DNA from: an uncultured Gammaproteobacteria bacterium
Lineage (GTDB): Bacteria; Patescibacteriota; Microgenomatia; UBA8517
Length of the DNA stretch: 64,000 bases
NCBI GenBank assembly: GCA_964610395.1
Contig: CAZSXP010000002.1
Span: 10,192-74,191 of the forward strand
Direction: 5' to 3'
Below, one piece after another: positions 1 through 8,905 of this stretch (position 1 is its first letter; each line of letters begins with the position of its first letter). A program made the translations under genes and the position numbers. The notes below the pieces were generated by a model. That model saw nothing but the letters and a program-made list of their open reading frames with translations, ran no database searches and was not told the DNA's origin.

Positions 1-55
1 TGGCAGTTTCCATATGATTAGTATACCTCACTATCTGGTATAATTGCACTAATTT

Positions 56-142
56 GGTGGGGTCGCATAGTTGGCCCATTGCGGGGGATTGCTAATCCCC
101 TGAGTAGCAATACTCGCGCGAGTTCGAATCTCGCCCCCACCG
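56..142 (+). tRNA. tRNA-Ser(GCT)
   Basis: Acceptor GGTGGGG/CCCCACC, anticodon arm GGGGA-TTGCTAA-TCCCC, long variable arm, T loop TTCGAAT, discriminator G; extended -10 TGGTATAAT at ~36-44. Confidence 0.96.
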
Positions 143-165
143 CAACTAAACATTAGGTACTATAG

Positions 166-253
166 GGTGAGGTCGCATAGAGGTCTAGTGCGGAAGTCTT
201 GAAAACTTCTGTAGTCAATTTGGCTACCGTGGGTTCGAATCCCACCCTCACCG
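166..253 (+). tRNA. tRNA-Ser(TGA)
   Basis: Acceptor GGTGAGG/CCTCACC, anticodon arm GAAGT-CTTGAAA-ACTTC, long variable arm, GTGGG-TTCGAAT-CCCAC T arm. Confidence 0.96.
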
Positions 254-255
254 CA

Positions 256-291
256 AGAAGATAACAGGTTCGACCCCTGTATCTTCCGCCA
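256..291 (+). pseudogene. tRNA remnant (acceptor stem + T arm minihelix ending GCCA)
   Basis: GAAGAT-A-ACAGG-TTCGACC-CCTGT-ATCTTC-C-G-CCA; no D or anticodon arm. Confidence 0.7.
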
Positions 292-341
292 GTTAGGAAA
301 TGCCTTTGTTGACTCCTATAAATATAATGGTATATTAAATT

Positions 342-899
342 GTGGACATAAAAAAAGATGATCAAAATCTAAATGAGAGTGAAGCTTTTGGCAACAAAAG
401 TTATCAGATGAATATTGCCTTTATGAGAGCCTACGACATTCAAGAAATTATTGAAAAACTAGAGCCCACTGAAGATGAGGTGTTTGGATATTTAACAGAA
501 CTCAATGCTTCCCTGTATAGTGAAACTACTGAATTGGGGAAAAAATTAGCTGGGGACAGTGTATTGGCTCTAGAAGGATTTGTTGAAATAACCGGTAACG
601 ATCCAAGACTAATCCAATTAGTTGGATTGTTTTTAGCGAGTGACGCATTAAAAGGAGCAGATGCCTCATTACTTGGAGAAAGTCGTCTTACTTTAGATCA
701 ACTTCATGGTGGTGGTTATTTGTTAGAAGATATTTGCCATGAAATCATAGTAGAAAATCCCTTCGGTCTTATTGGTAACCGGGAGCTTGGAAAACGGGAG
801 AGTAAATTTGATAAAGAACTTAAGGACAGAGTAGAATCGTATAGAGAACAAGGTATTTTACACGCAAGTAAAGACGCGGTTAAGGCGGCTATTAAATAA
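342..899 (+). CDS. hypothetical protein
   Basis: 185-aa ORF, GTG start a few nt after a TGGTATATT -10-like box; no motif recognised. Confidence 0.7.
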   Translation: MDIKKDDQNLNESEAFGNKSYQMNIAFMRAYDIQEIIEKLEPTEDEVFGYLTELNASLYSETTELGKKLAGDSVLALEGFVEITGNDPRLIQLVGLFLASDALKGADASLLGESRLTLDQLHGGGYLLEDICHEIIVENPFGLIGNRELGKRESKFDKELKDRVESYREQGILHASKDAVKAAIK

Positions 900-926
900 T
901 AATTAATCTTACTCAGGAAAACTTGT

Positions 927-1526
927 TTATCTTGCAATAGTTAGGCTTTTGATATTTTTAAACCCTGCTTCTGTTAAAACATTTTTTGCTTCGTTTATGG
1001 TTGAACCTGTGGTATAAACATCATCGAAGAGCAGTACAGAGAAATTAGTACTTAGTACAAAGTTGGGATTAACGGCAAAAACTCCAGAAAGATTTGAACG
1101 ACGAACAGAACCTTTTAATCCAACTTGAGGGATTGTATTTTTATTTCGAACCAACAAGTTCGAAGCATATTTCCAATTCATTGCTTTTGCTAATTTCTCC
1201 CCTATTATCTCTGTTTGATTAAATCCTCTCCAATTTTCTCTGTGTTTATGTAATGGTATTGGAACTAAAACAGCATTTAGAAATTGGTGATTAGCCTTTA
1301 ATCTTTGAATACAGGCGTCAACTAATTCATCTGCTAAATCATATGCAAATTTATATTTTAATGAAATTATTGCTTTTCTAATTACCTCCTCATATTTAAA
1401 AATTGCATAGTTTGAATTATCACACCTCGCGGGTGATACTTTTTTAAAACACTCGTCACATATATATCTTCCCTCTTTCCCACACTCCAAACATTTTTTA
1501 GGAAAGAGCAAATCCAAGAGATTCAT
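927..1526 (-). CDS. comF: ComF family double zinc-ribbon phosphoribosyltransferase
   Basis: N-terminal LLFP-CxxC...CxxC, VPIPLH, RGFNQ and LLFDDVYTTGST motifs. Confidence 0.93.
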   Translation of the reverse strand: MNLLDLLFPKKCLECGKEGRYICDECFKKVSPARCDNSNYAIFKYEEVIRKAIISLKYKFAYDLADELVDACIQRLKANHQFLNAVLVPIPLHKHRENWRGFNQTEIIGEKLAKAMNWKYASNLLVRNKNTIPQVGLKGSVRRSNLSGVFAVNPNFVLSTNFSVLLFDDVYTTGSTINEAKNVLTEAGFKNIKSLTIAR

Positions 1527-1545
1527 ATTGTATAATCATAACTAT

Positions 1546-1977
1546 ATGAAAGTTTTTAATAAGAAAGCAAGTTTTGAATATGAATTAACCAGTGAAAGGA
1601 TAGAGGCTGGCTTGGTTTTAAAAGGAATTGAAGCTAAAGCCTTTAGAGATGGCAGGATAAATCTCTCTTCCGCCCATGTCAGAGTATTAGACGGCGAGAT
1701 ATATTTAATTAATGCAAACATCGCTGTTAATGACGTAAGGGGATATGAACCAACAAGAATGAGGAAATTACTTTTACATAAAAATGAAATACTTTCCATT
1801 ATTACCAAAATGAAACAGAAAAAGTTGCAAATTGTGCCCACCGTGATGTATAATTCTAGGTCTCGAATCAAACTAGAACTAGTTTTAGGAAAACCAAAAA
1901 GAAAGTTTGACAAGAAAGAAAGTATTAAAGCAAAAGATATCCAAAGAGATTTGGGTAGAGAATTAAAATGGGGATGA
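1546..1977 (+). CDS. smpB: SsrA-binding protein
   Basis: NKKASFEY, EAGLVLKGIE, RKLLLHKNEI, KRKFDKKE motifs; adjacent to tmRNA; ATG at 1546 preferred over TTG at 1528. Confidence 0.96.
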   Translation: MKVFNKKASFEYELTSERIEAGLVLKGIEAKAFRDGRINLSSAHVRVLDGEIYLINANIAVNDVRGYEPTRMRKLLLHKNEILSIITKMKQKKLQIVPTVMYNSRSRIKLELVLGKPKRKFDKKESIKAKDIQRDLGRELKWG

Positions 1978-2340
1978 CCGGTTTCGACGGATAGCTCTTT
2001 AACAAAACAGCAAGCCAAGTTTGATAAACACTTGTCAAAAGATATCAAAAACTAAAAGCAAACTCAAAAAGTTTTGCTCCTAGTTACCAATATGCTTTAG
2101 CATATTCATAACAGGCGTCCTGAGGTTTGATTCTCGATCGAACTGACTGGGTGTAAACCAATTCGAGATGCTACTTATTTTCTTTTGATTTAGAGGAAAT
2201 TTGTAAAAGATAATTAAATCTTACCTATAAATTCCTGTCGATTGGATAAACTTATGGGGAAATATTATTAATCGAATAAGCTTGTAGAAGTTTTGTTTTT
2301 AAGTTTTTCGGATGTGGGTTCGATTCCCACCATCTCCACA
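1970..2340 (+). ncRNA. ssrA: tmRNA; tag ANSKSFAPSYQYALAYS* at 2058-2111
   Basis: 5' GGGGATGACCGGTTTCGAC, 3' GTGGGTTCGATTCCCACCATCTCCA with G3:U70 pair; resume codon GCA; follows smpB. Confidence 0.95.
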
Positions 2341-3845
2341 TAATTAGTTTTTGAAGCTGTCGGGCTAGTAATTAGCCCGATAACAGGGTCTAAATCAGCG
2401 GTTCCAAATCCTGAGAGTTTGTCATAAATCAGTTTTCTTCCAAAATACATATTAAAGATTGTTCTTTTATCCTCTCCGTTATCACTTTTCCACAATACCA
2501 TGGGGTTTTTCAATGTTTCTAATACCAAATCTTTTGCGGTTCCAAACTCTGAATCGGAGTATTCCGACACCTTAATTTTCTCTAAACCTTCCTTTTCTAT
2601 AATCAGCTTTTTTATCTCCCCCTCATATACTGACACCAAATCATCAGACGTTTTGACTAGTCTCATTTTTAGCTTTTCCAATGACTTGTCTATTTCAACC
2701 AGCTTACTAGTGTTTGATTCACTAATCTCATTGCTAGAGGCTCTACGTTGCGTCCAGACGTCATCTAAGATAGCCTTAGCTAAATCCACAGCACCAACCA
2801 TAGGTTTACTTGCCGATAGTAAGTTTTTAAAATTTGTTTCGACATCGTTTGCATGGATTGATTTATATCGATAAGGACACCCTTTAGTTTTACACGTATA
2901 GTTAGCATAGTATTTACTTCTACCTTTGTTTCTGCTCCCAGTAAGAGGTTTTTCACATTTCGAGCATAAAATTAATTGGCGTAGTGGGAAATCTGGGTCA
3001 TAGTCTTTTCTGATACCGTATTTTTTATTTCCTGAAAGTCGTTCTTGAACCTTATCATACGTTTCAATTGAGACAAAACCCTCGTGATGACCTTTTCTTC
3101 GAGATACTCCCCAAGATTTAAATTCTATATAACCAGCATAAAGTATCTGAGTCAAGGTCAATCTTGCACCATTAAAAGATATTATTCTTTTAATTCCCAT
3201 TGATTCAAATTCATGATTAATGAATTGTTTAACATCATTAATTGTTGATAACGACCCATCCGCAAATGATTCAATTGCTTGTTTATATACTCCAGCATAG
3301 GGCTCATTGGAAACTAATAACTTACCATGAATAGGATTCCTTTCTGTTACAAGTGCTAATGGATGACCAAAAGACCAATAACCTTGTTCAAGCCTAGCTT
3401 TTTGCTTTTGAATTACTTGTTTCCTATTTTGATTCCTTTCCAGTTCAGCTTGTGCCGCAAGAACTGTTTCTACAAACTTACCCTCTGGAGTATCTTCAAA
3501 TTTAAAATTAGGGCTTTCTACGCTTCCATTTCTGCCATAGATTTCCTTTTTTAATTGAAAGTGTACTTGTGTATCTCTAGCGAAGCGTTTTAAATCATCA
3601 AAAACAACAATCGTATTTGTCGGTTCGTGAATATATTTCTCAAGTTCAGACAAAAGCTCTTTCATGGCTGGTCTCTCAAACAAACCGCCACTTTTGCCTT
3701 CGTCCCTAAATATACCTACGACTTTATATCCTTGTCCAATAGCATAGTCTCGACACCTCTTTTCTTGACTGTCCAATCCATGTCCTTCATTAACTTGTCT
3801 CTCAGAACTTACACGAGAATATATTAAGCATTTACGATTTTCCAT
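2268..3845 (-). CDS. large serine recombinase (resolvase + recombinase + zinc ribbon + coiled coil)
   Basis: YSRVSS catalytic motif, DEGKSG, DDLKRFAR, CSKC...C-x4-C zinc ribbon; start taken as ATG 3845 (MENRKC). Confidence 0.93.
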   Translation of the reverse strand: MENRKCLIYSRVSSERQVNEGHGLDSQEKRCRDYAIGQGYKVVGIFRDEGKSGGLFERPAMKELLSELEKYIHEPTNTIVVFDDLKRFARDTQVHFQLKKEIYGRNGSVESPNFKFEDTPEGKFVETVLAAQAELERNQNRKQVIQKQKARLEQGYWSFGHPLALVTERNPIHGKLLVSNEPYAGVYKQAIESFADGSLSTINDVKQFINHEFESMGIKRIISFNGARLTLTQILYAGYIEFKSWGVSRRKGHHEGFVSIETYDKVQERLSGNKKYGIRKDYDPDFPLRQLILCSKCEKPLTGSRNKGRSKYYANYTCKTKGCPYRYKSIHANDVETNFKNLLSASKPMVGAVDLAKAILDDVWTQRRASSNEISESNTSKLVEIDKSLEKLKMRLVKTSDDLVSVYEGEIKKLIIEKEGLEKIKVSEYSDSEFGTAKDLVLETLKNPMVLWKSDNGEDKRTIFNMYFGRKLIYDKLSGFGTADLDPVIGLITSPTASKTNYVEMVGIEPTSEKLKNKTSTSLFD

Positions 3846-3987
3846 ATTTTTCTTCAATTGTTTTACCAACTACTCTCTCACACAACCCATAAAGCTTAAT
3901 CAATATACTTTCGACCTCTTGGTCGTTTAGGTTGTCGTTTTTAAGCACTTTTCTCGCCTCTGCAACAGTGATTTTTCTTTGTACCAT
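3832..3987 (-). CDS. 51-aa protein coupled to the recombinase (possible directionality factor)
   Basis: Read manually: MVQRKITVAEARKVLKNDNLNDQEVESILIKLYGLCERVVGKTIEEKYGKS*; overlaps recombinase start; below ORF-track cutoff. Confidence 0.65.
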   Translation of the reverse strand: MVQRKITVAEARKVLKNDNLNDQEVESILIKLYGLCERVVGKTIEEKYGKS

Positions 3988-4093
3988 AGCCACAATATGT
4001 GGCGCTTGGAAATTATGACTCTCACTGTTAAGCCTTGTTCACCTTACCTGTACAAGAAGCTAAACAACTTATACAGATGCGAAACAAGAAGCG

Positions 4094-4399
4094 CTACTTT
4101 TCTACTAAATTAAAATCTTCAAGATAAGTTATTAATGTCTTTCTATTAACAGTATCCTCATCTAGTTTCCACATATATTGTCCTTTTCCATCTCTACCAA
4201 CTTTTTTAATTAGATTTGCTCTCACAAGGGATGTAATCTTTCCACCCAAAGCTTGACTACCTTGTCTCATCCCACTAACACCAGAAAGCCTGGCTTGAGA
4301 AACAATGCTCTCTACAGCGAACTCTTGAAGAAGCTTTAACTGGTCTCTTTTCCAACCTCTTAATAAGTTGAGATTATACTTATCGTTATCATCTACCAT
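4094..4399 (-). CDS. winged-helix DNA-binding protein (putative)
   Basis: SQARLS..SG...QALGGKITSLVRANLIKKVG...W pattern; TTGACA-18-TATTAT promoter just upstream. Confidence 0.65.
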   Translation of the reverse strand: MVDDNDKYNLNLLRGWKRDQLKLLQEFAVESIVSQARLSGVSGMRQGSQALGGKITSLVRANLIKKVGRDGKGQYMWKLDEDTVNRKTLITYLEDFNLVEK

Positions 4400-4841
4400 A
4401 GATGACTATAATAGAGCATAAGTATTTAGTTTGTCAAGTGTTAATAAATTAAAATAATGACCCATAAAACGACCTCTTCTTGAATCAATTGTGCCTGAAA
4501 GAAACAAAAAAGTAAGGTTGTGTAAGGTAAAGATAGCATCTTATAGCTTCGCTAATCGATTAGCAGAAATAGAGAAAGTATGAAATAATTATTTTAATCT
4601 AAACAATAAATCCTGTGTATCTGCTATCAATGGAATACTAAAAGAAAGAAAATGACAAAAAAACTTATCGGTTTATATAATGTTAAAAATTTGTTAAATA
4701 AAGACTACACAACAGAGCAGATAGGCAAAGCTATATACGAGGACATGATGAAGAAAATAAAAGAGATGAAGAAGGGAAAGAGTAAGAAGTAACTTAGATA
4801 TAAGACATAAAAACAGTTAAAGAAGAAAAAGACTAATATTA

Positions 4842-5408
4842 TTAATTATTTTCTTTTATTTTTTTCAGCCAAGTGTAATATTCTTCAGGAAGTTCATATT
4901 CATTGGTGGTAGTATTTTTTAATACATAATTTCCATTTTCATATCTCCACTCTTCAGATATACCAGATGTTGCATATAAACCTGTTTCATCCCAACTGTT
5001 GGTGTATGAAATAAATATACCACCACCTTTATCGTCCTCCATATTTCCATAACCTGGAACTTGAAATCCAACATTTGCTCCACCATTGTTTTTGAAAACA
5101 ACCTTCCCCTTATCAATTATCCATATCTCTCCAGCACCTCTATTCATAGTAGTAGGTACTTCGACTATGCTTTCGTACACTCCATCATTATCAGTATCGT
5201 ATGTACTATAAACAGGACATCTTCCTGTACATTCAGGAGCCAAGTTTAATGCTAATAATCTATTTTCCTCGGATAAAGCACTATTTTCTGAAATCAGAAG
5301 TTTATTCTTATTCCATACCTTAATATATAAAAGTAATACTAACAGGCAAATTAATGACAATATTGATACTATTGAAAGATGTTTTTTCATAAATTTTAAA
5401 TTAATCAT
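4842..5408 (-). CDS. hypothetical membrane-anchored/secreted protein (island cargo)
   Basis: N-terminal TM helix, DTDNDG Ca-binding-like loop. Confidence 0.7.
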   Translation of the reverse strand: MINLKFMKKHLSIVSILSLICLLVLLLYIKVWNKNKLLISENSALSEENRLLALNLAPECTGRCPVYSTYDTDNDGVYESIVEVPTTMNRGAGEIWIIDKGKVVFKNNGGANVGFQVPGYGNMEDDKGGGIFISYTNSWDETGLYATSGISEEWRYENGNYVLKNTTTNEYELPEEYYTWLKKIKENN

Positions 5409-5440
5409 AATTTATTATACAACCATCCTGTAAAAACACT

Positions 5441-5674
5441 TTAGATATTGATGTTTATAAAATTCTTGGTATATTTGTATTTTTCAAACTTATCTATTTC
5501 TTCTTCTATATTTTTATAGACATCTTCGGTTATATCAACTAAAACTGGTTTATTATTCCAGTTTAGTTTTATATCCACATTTATATCATTGGTGGAAACA
5601 TTAATAATTTTATTTTTATTTATATTATCATGGTAAGAGCGGGAAACCCTCTTTTTAGTATACTTAGAAACCAA
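5441..5674 (-). CDS. hypothetical protein or gene fragment
   Basis: 77-aa ORF with TTG start, same strand as neighbours. Confidence 0.35.
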   Translation of the reverse strand: MVSKYTKKRVSRSYHDNINKNKIINVSTNDINVDIKLNWNNKPVLVDITEDVYKNIEEEIDKFEKYKYTKNFININI

Positions 5675-5731
5675 CCCCTATAAGCCTCTTTTCCACAGTG
5701 GTAGGGTCGATATTTTCTATCAGGCAATATT

Positions 5732-6268
5732 TTATTTATTAACCTTATCTTTGATTACATTTTTTGTTTCTTTGTATGACTTGTAATAGAAATAGATAGG
5801 GAATGACCAAATCAATCCAGTAAAACCATTAAGTAGATTAAATATTGTAAACACTGTTGAAAAAATCAACATTCCCTTTGATATTTTTAGTGCATGGTTC
5901 AAATTTTCAATCCCCTGATGTTTAAGTTTCCACCCAAAATAATAATAGGGTGCGTTAAGTATGGCTGCAACGATTGCATCTGTTAAAACGTTTTCAATTT
6001 TAAAACCCACGACCATGGCAACAACAAACGCACCCACCGCTTTGAACATAGATAAATTTCCAGTCGTTAAATATGTTTTTTCCAACATAGATAATTGTTC
6101 TTTGTTCATGTTAGTTTTCGGCTCCTCAGTTAAAGGTGAGTGGCTCTTGTTGGATAAATTTTCTCTTTTTCTATCTAGAATTTCTTTGTTGACAGCAATT
6201 ACTTTGTCACAATTTTGACAAAATTTAGAGATTTCTATAACTTTTTTTCCACAATTTATACAATACAT
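5732..6268 (-). CDS. zinc-ribbon domain membrane protein
   Basis: MYCINCG...FCQNC N-terminus followed by ~4 TM segments. Confidence 0.75.
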   Translation of the reverse strand: MYCINCGKKVIEISKFCQNCDKVIAVNKEILDRKRENLSNKSHSPLTEEPKTNMNKEQLSMLEKTYLTTGNLSMFKAVGAFVVAMVVGFKIENVLTDAIVAAILNAPYYYFGWKLKHQGIENLNHALKISKGMLIFSTVFTIFNLLNGFTGLIWSFPIYFYYKSYKETKNVIKDKVNK

Positions 6269-6274
6269 GTTGAA

Positions 6275-6610
6275 TTATTTTATATATTGGACATTACAAC
6301 TTTTAGAAATTTCTTGCATGGTTGTATTGTCGATGTTTTTATTATTATTTCCCATTTTTTCCAAATCATCTAATGTATAAACTTTTCTTATTTCGTTATA
6401 TATGCAATCACAAGAGTCTTGCGTGAATTTTTTTATACATTCTTCTGTGACCTGCTTTTTGAGTTGTTCGTCTATTCGGTCATTTCCTGCCATTTGTTCA
6501 ATGTAAGGACGAGAAAGACTAACGCTTAACTTAGCTAATAACCATCCTAAAATACCTAATAGGAATAATTTTCCCCAACTTATACCCTTTTTTTCTTTCT
6601 TTTCGTCCAT
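6275..6610 (-). CDS. hypothetical membrane-anchored protein
   Basis: MDEKKEKK start at 6610, one TM helix, C-x8-CxC motif. Confidence 0.65.
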   Translation of the reverse strand: MDEKKEKKGISWGKLFLLGILGWLLAKLSVSLSRPYIEQMAGNDRIDEQLKKQVTEECIKKFTQDSCDCIYNEIRKVYTLDDLEKMGNNNKNIDNTTMQEISKSCNVQYIK

Positions 6611-6612
6611 AG

Positions 6613-6858
6613 CTATTTTTCTGAATACCGTTTGTCTTTCAAAACTGAACAAAGAAGGGTGCCAATTAAAAAAGCGAAAAACCAAGCCATACCAAATCCT
6701 CCCATAAAAAATCGTATTTCGTCGGTTAACTTATCTAAAAGTACCAACAAAACCGCAAGTACAAAAATAATGAGCAGAGGTCCGTAAAAAAAGATAAGTG
6801 ACCATCTTACAATTTCTTTCACATCCTTTGACTCGCCTGTCTTATATCTTTCCATCAT
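6613..6858 (-). CDS. hypothetical 2-TM protein
   Basis: Two hydrophobic helices; in tandem with downstream ORFs. Confidence 0.6.
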   Translation of the reverse strand: MMERYKTGESKDVKEIVRWSLIFFYGPLLIIFVLAVLLVLLDKLTDEIRFFMGGFGMAWFFAFLIGTLLCSVLKDKRYSEK

Positions 6859-6943
6859 TGTCTTTGTAACTAGTAATAGTTTACCAAAATACTTATCTCT
6901 GCGCTAATGGTAGTTATGGGTCATTATCATCACTATATAGAAT

Positions 6944-7171
6944 ATGGGAAAACAAAGATTACTCACCAGGGAGGATAAGGGGCTCGCCAAGCGTATAAAA
7001 GAATTAAGAAAGGAAAAAGAAATATCCCAAGAAGAACTGTCAAATAGAATAGACGCAAATCTCTCCTATGTAGTTTATCTAGAAACAGGAAGAAGAGGAA
7101 CAAGTCTTCCAATGCTGTATAGAATTGCCAAAGCTCTTAATGTGAGGGTAAAAGACCTGTTTATTTTTTAG
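6944..7171 (+). CDS. XRE/Cro-CI helix-turn-helix regulator
   Basis: RIKELRKEKEISQEELS...YVVYLETGRR..SL..L.RIAKAL. Confidence 0.9.
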   Translation: MGKQRLLTREDKGLAKRIKELRKEKEISQEELSNRIDANLSYVVYLETGRRGTSLPMLYRIAKALNVRVKDLFIF

Positions 7172-7338
7172 GAAAATAATTCTATATGGTTCATATAACA
7201 GGATGTGTCTGATTATTGGGTAGAATTATTGTTAACTGTGGCTAAATTTAATGCCACTGAAGAACCTTTCAGTACAAAATACCATTTAAAAATATAGTCT
7301 TGTATTTGGTTCCAACTTTGAGTTACGATGTCCACAAA

Positions 7339-8691
7339 TTATTTGAGTTCTATGTACATGAGTTTTGGTCCGGTTAAAAGAATTATTTTGCCCTCTTCTT
7401 CTGAAACTACTATGTCTGTTGCATTTTTTATTTCATCGTTTAGATACTGAAGTTTAAATTCTCCACTTTTGTCTATAGCGACTACTCTTCCTTTTTCTTT
7501 TTCTAAAATATATACATTTTTTAATTTCTCATTTGTATAAATTGCGGTTGGATTTATAAATTGTTCACTTATTCCAGATAATGAAACAGTTTGTGGGTTT
7601 CCTAATGTAAACTTTGATACTTTTCCAGACGAAGAGAGAAGCCAAATTGATCCGTCAATTGAAACATCTTTAATTTTTGAAAAATCCACTTCAACTCCAG
7701 GAGCTAGCCATTCAGTTTTTTGGCCAAAAGTTTTGCCACTTCCTGACTGTCTAAATATTTGATTATTACTTTTATCAATTATGTAAATATTCCCAGCATA
7801 TACGTAAAACAGAGAATTTTCATCTATTTCATATACTCCATCAAGTTTATCTAAGAACAAAGTTCCTTCATATGAGGCTATTTTTTTTGTATCACCTATT
7901 TCTTCTTTGTTTGCTGCAATTTTTGCTCTTTTGGTTTTGATTCCTACATTTATAATATTTTTATTATCACTATCAAATATAAAAATATCTTCACCAGAAG
8001 AAACCATTTGACTTCCGTTAAAACCTGAAGTTTGTAATGTTAAATCCAAAAACTCTTTTACTTCCACTTTTACTTCTCCTACAATTTCTGCTTCTTTGTC
8101 TGATATATTTTTAGCAAGTTCATCTAGTTTTTCATTTTTAAATCCAGCTTTTTTTAATTCATCTGTTATATTTTTTGAACTTATAAATAATTCTCTTGCA
8201 CTGTTTTTGTCCACCACTCCTGTAATAGCTGATTCATAATTTGAAATGGCTTCATCTAGTTTAATTAAACTTTGTTTCTCAAAATCTCTATTATTTTTTT
8301 GTCTTACACCGAAGGTGACACTTACAATTAATAAAACTAAAAGAATTATTCCTACAGTAAGTGTTGTTTTTCTACTTTGTATGTTTGATTCATTTATTGG
8401 ATTATCTCTTACAAAAATTTCTTTTTGTTTATTTTCTCTTTCTTCTTCAATTGTCACTACTAATTTTTCTAAACCTTTTTCAATTGTATAAACATCTCCT
8501 ACTTGGGGAATTCCTGAAATTGAAGTTTTTTTATCTTGTGTTTCACAAAGTGTTACTGTTTTGTTATTTCGAAAAACAGTAGCTTTACAAAAAGGTTCTG
8601 TAGAAACAACTATTTTTTTAAAAAAGAAACGAATTGATCCCACACCTTCCAATTTTGGTTGACCTACATTTGATATTAATTTTAAGGACAT
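7339..8691 (-). CDS. membrane-anchored protein with C-terminal NHL/beta-propeller-like domain
   Basis: Central TM helix, repeated IYI.D..N..I beta strands; start ATG 8691. Confidence 0.7.
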   Translation of the reverse strand: MSLKLISNVGQPKLEGVGSIRFFFKKIVVSTEPFCKATVFRNNKTVTLCETQDKKTSISGIPQVGDVYTIEKGLEKLVVTIEEERENKQKEIFVRDNPINESNIQSRKTTLTVGIILLVLLIVSVTFGVRQKNNRDFEKQSLIKLDEAISNYESAITGVVDKNSARELFISSKNITDELKKAGFKNEKLDELAKNISDKEAEIVGEVKVEVKEFLDLTLQTSGFNGSQMVSSGEDIFIFDSDNKNIINVGIKTKRAKIAANKEEIGDTKKIASYEGTLFLDKLDGVYEIDENSLFYVYAGNIYIIDKSNNQIFRQSGSGKTFGQKTEWLAPGVEVDFSKIKDVSIDGSIWLLSSSGKVSKFTLGNPQTVSLSGISEQFINPTAIYTNEKLKNVYILEKEKGRVVAIDKSGEFKLQYLNDEIKNATDIVVSEEEGKIILLTGPKLMYIELK

Positions 8692-8692
8692 T

Positions 8693-8905
8693 TTACAAAA
8701 TAATAATAGCAAAAACTAAGACTGCAATGGCAAACAGAAGATGTATGATTGATAATAATTTAAGTTGATTTTCAAAACCAACTTCTAATGTAGTTGTCAT
8801 TAATTGAACTTGACGAACAATAACAAAAGCAAAAATTATATATAAGACAAGTAGTATTAATATAAAAATTTTAATAACTGGCCAAATAGATAATGATAAA
8901 ATCAC
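8693..8905 (-). CDS. small 2-TM membrane protein
   Basis: YIIFAFVIVRQVQLM motif; overlaps upstream gene stop. Confidence 0.7.
   Translation of the reverse strand: MILSLSIWPVIKIFILILLVLYIIFAFVIVRQVQLMTTTLEVGFENQLKLLSIIHLLFAIAVLVFAIIIL

Larger units (their letters stand above)
2335..7336. mobile_element. ~5 kb integrative island in tmRNA 3' end, serine-recombinase type
   Basis: TCCACA core at 2335-2340 and 7331-7336; integrase ORF crosses the left junction and its native-looking C-terminus continues in frame beyond the right junction. Confidence 0.8.

Noticed and set aside
153-365. 70-aa minus-strand ORF
   Set aside because: Antisense shadow of tRNA-Ser (VRVGFEPT is the reverse-translated T arm)
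4455-4795. Short plus-strand ORFs inside the island
   Set aside because: Fragmented by stops; a 46-aa ORF at ~4652-4792 is possible but unsupported
2335-7336. Prophage
   Set aside because: No terminase, capsid, tail or replication genes recognised
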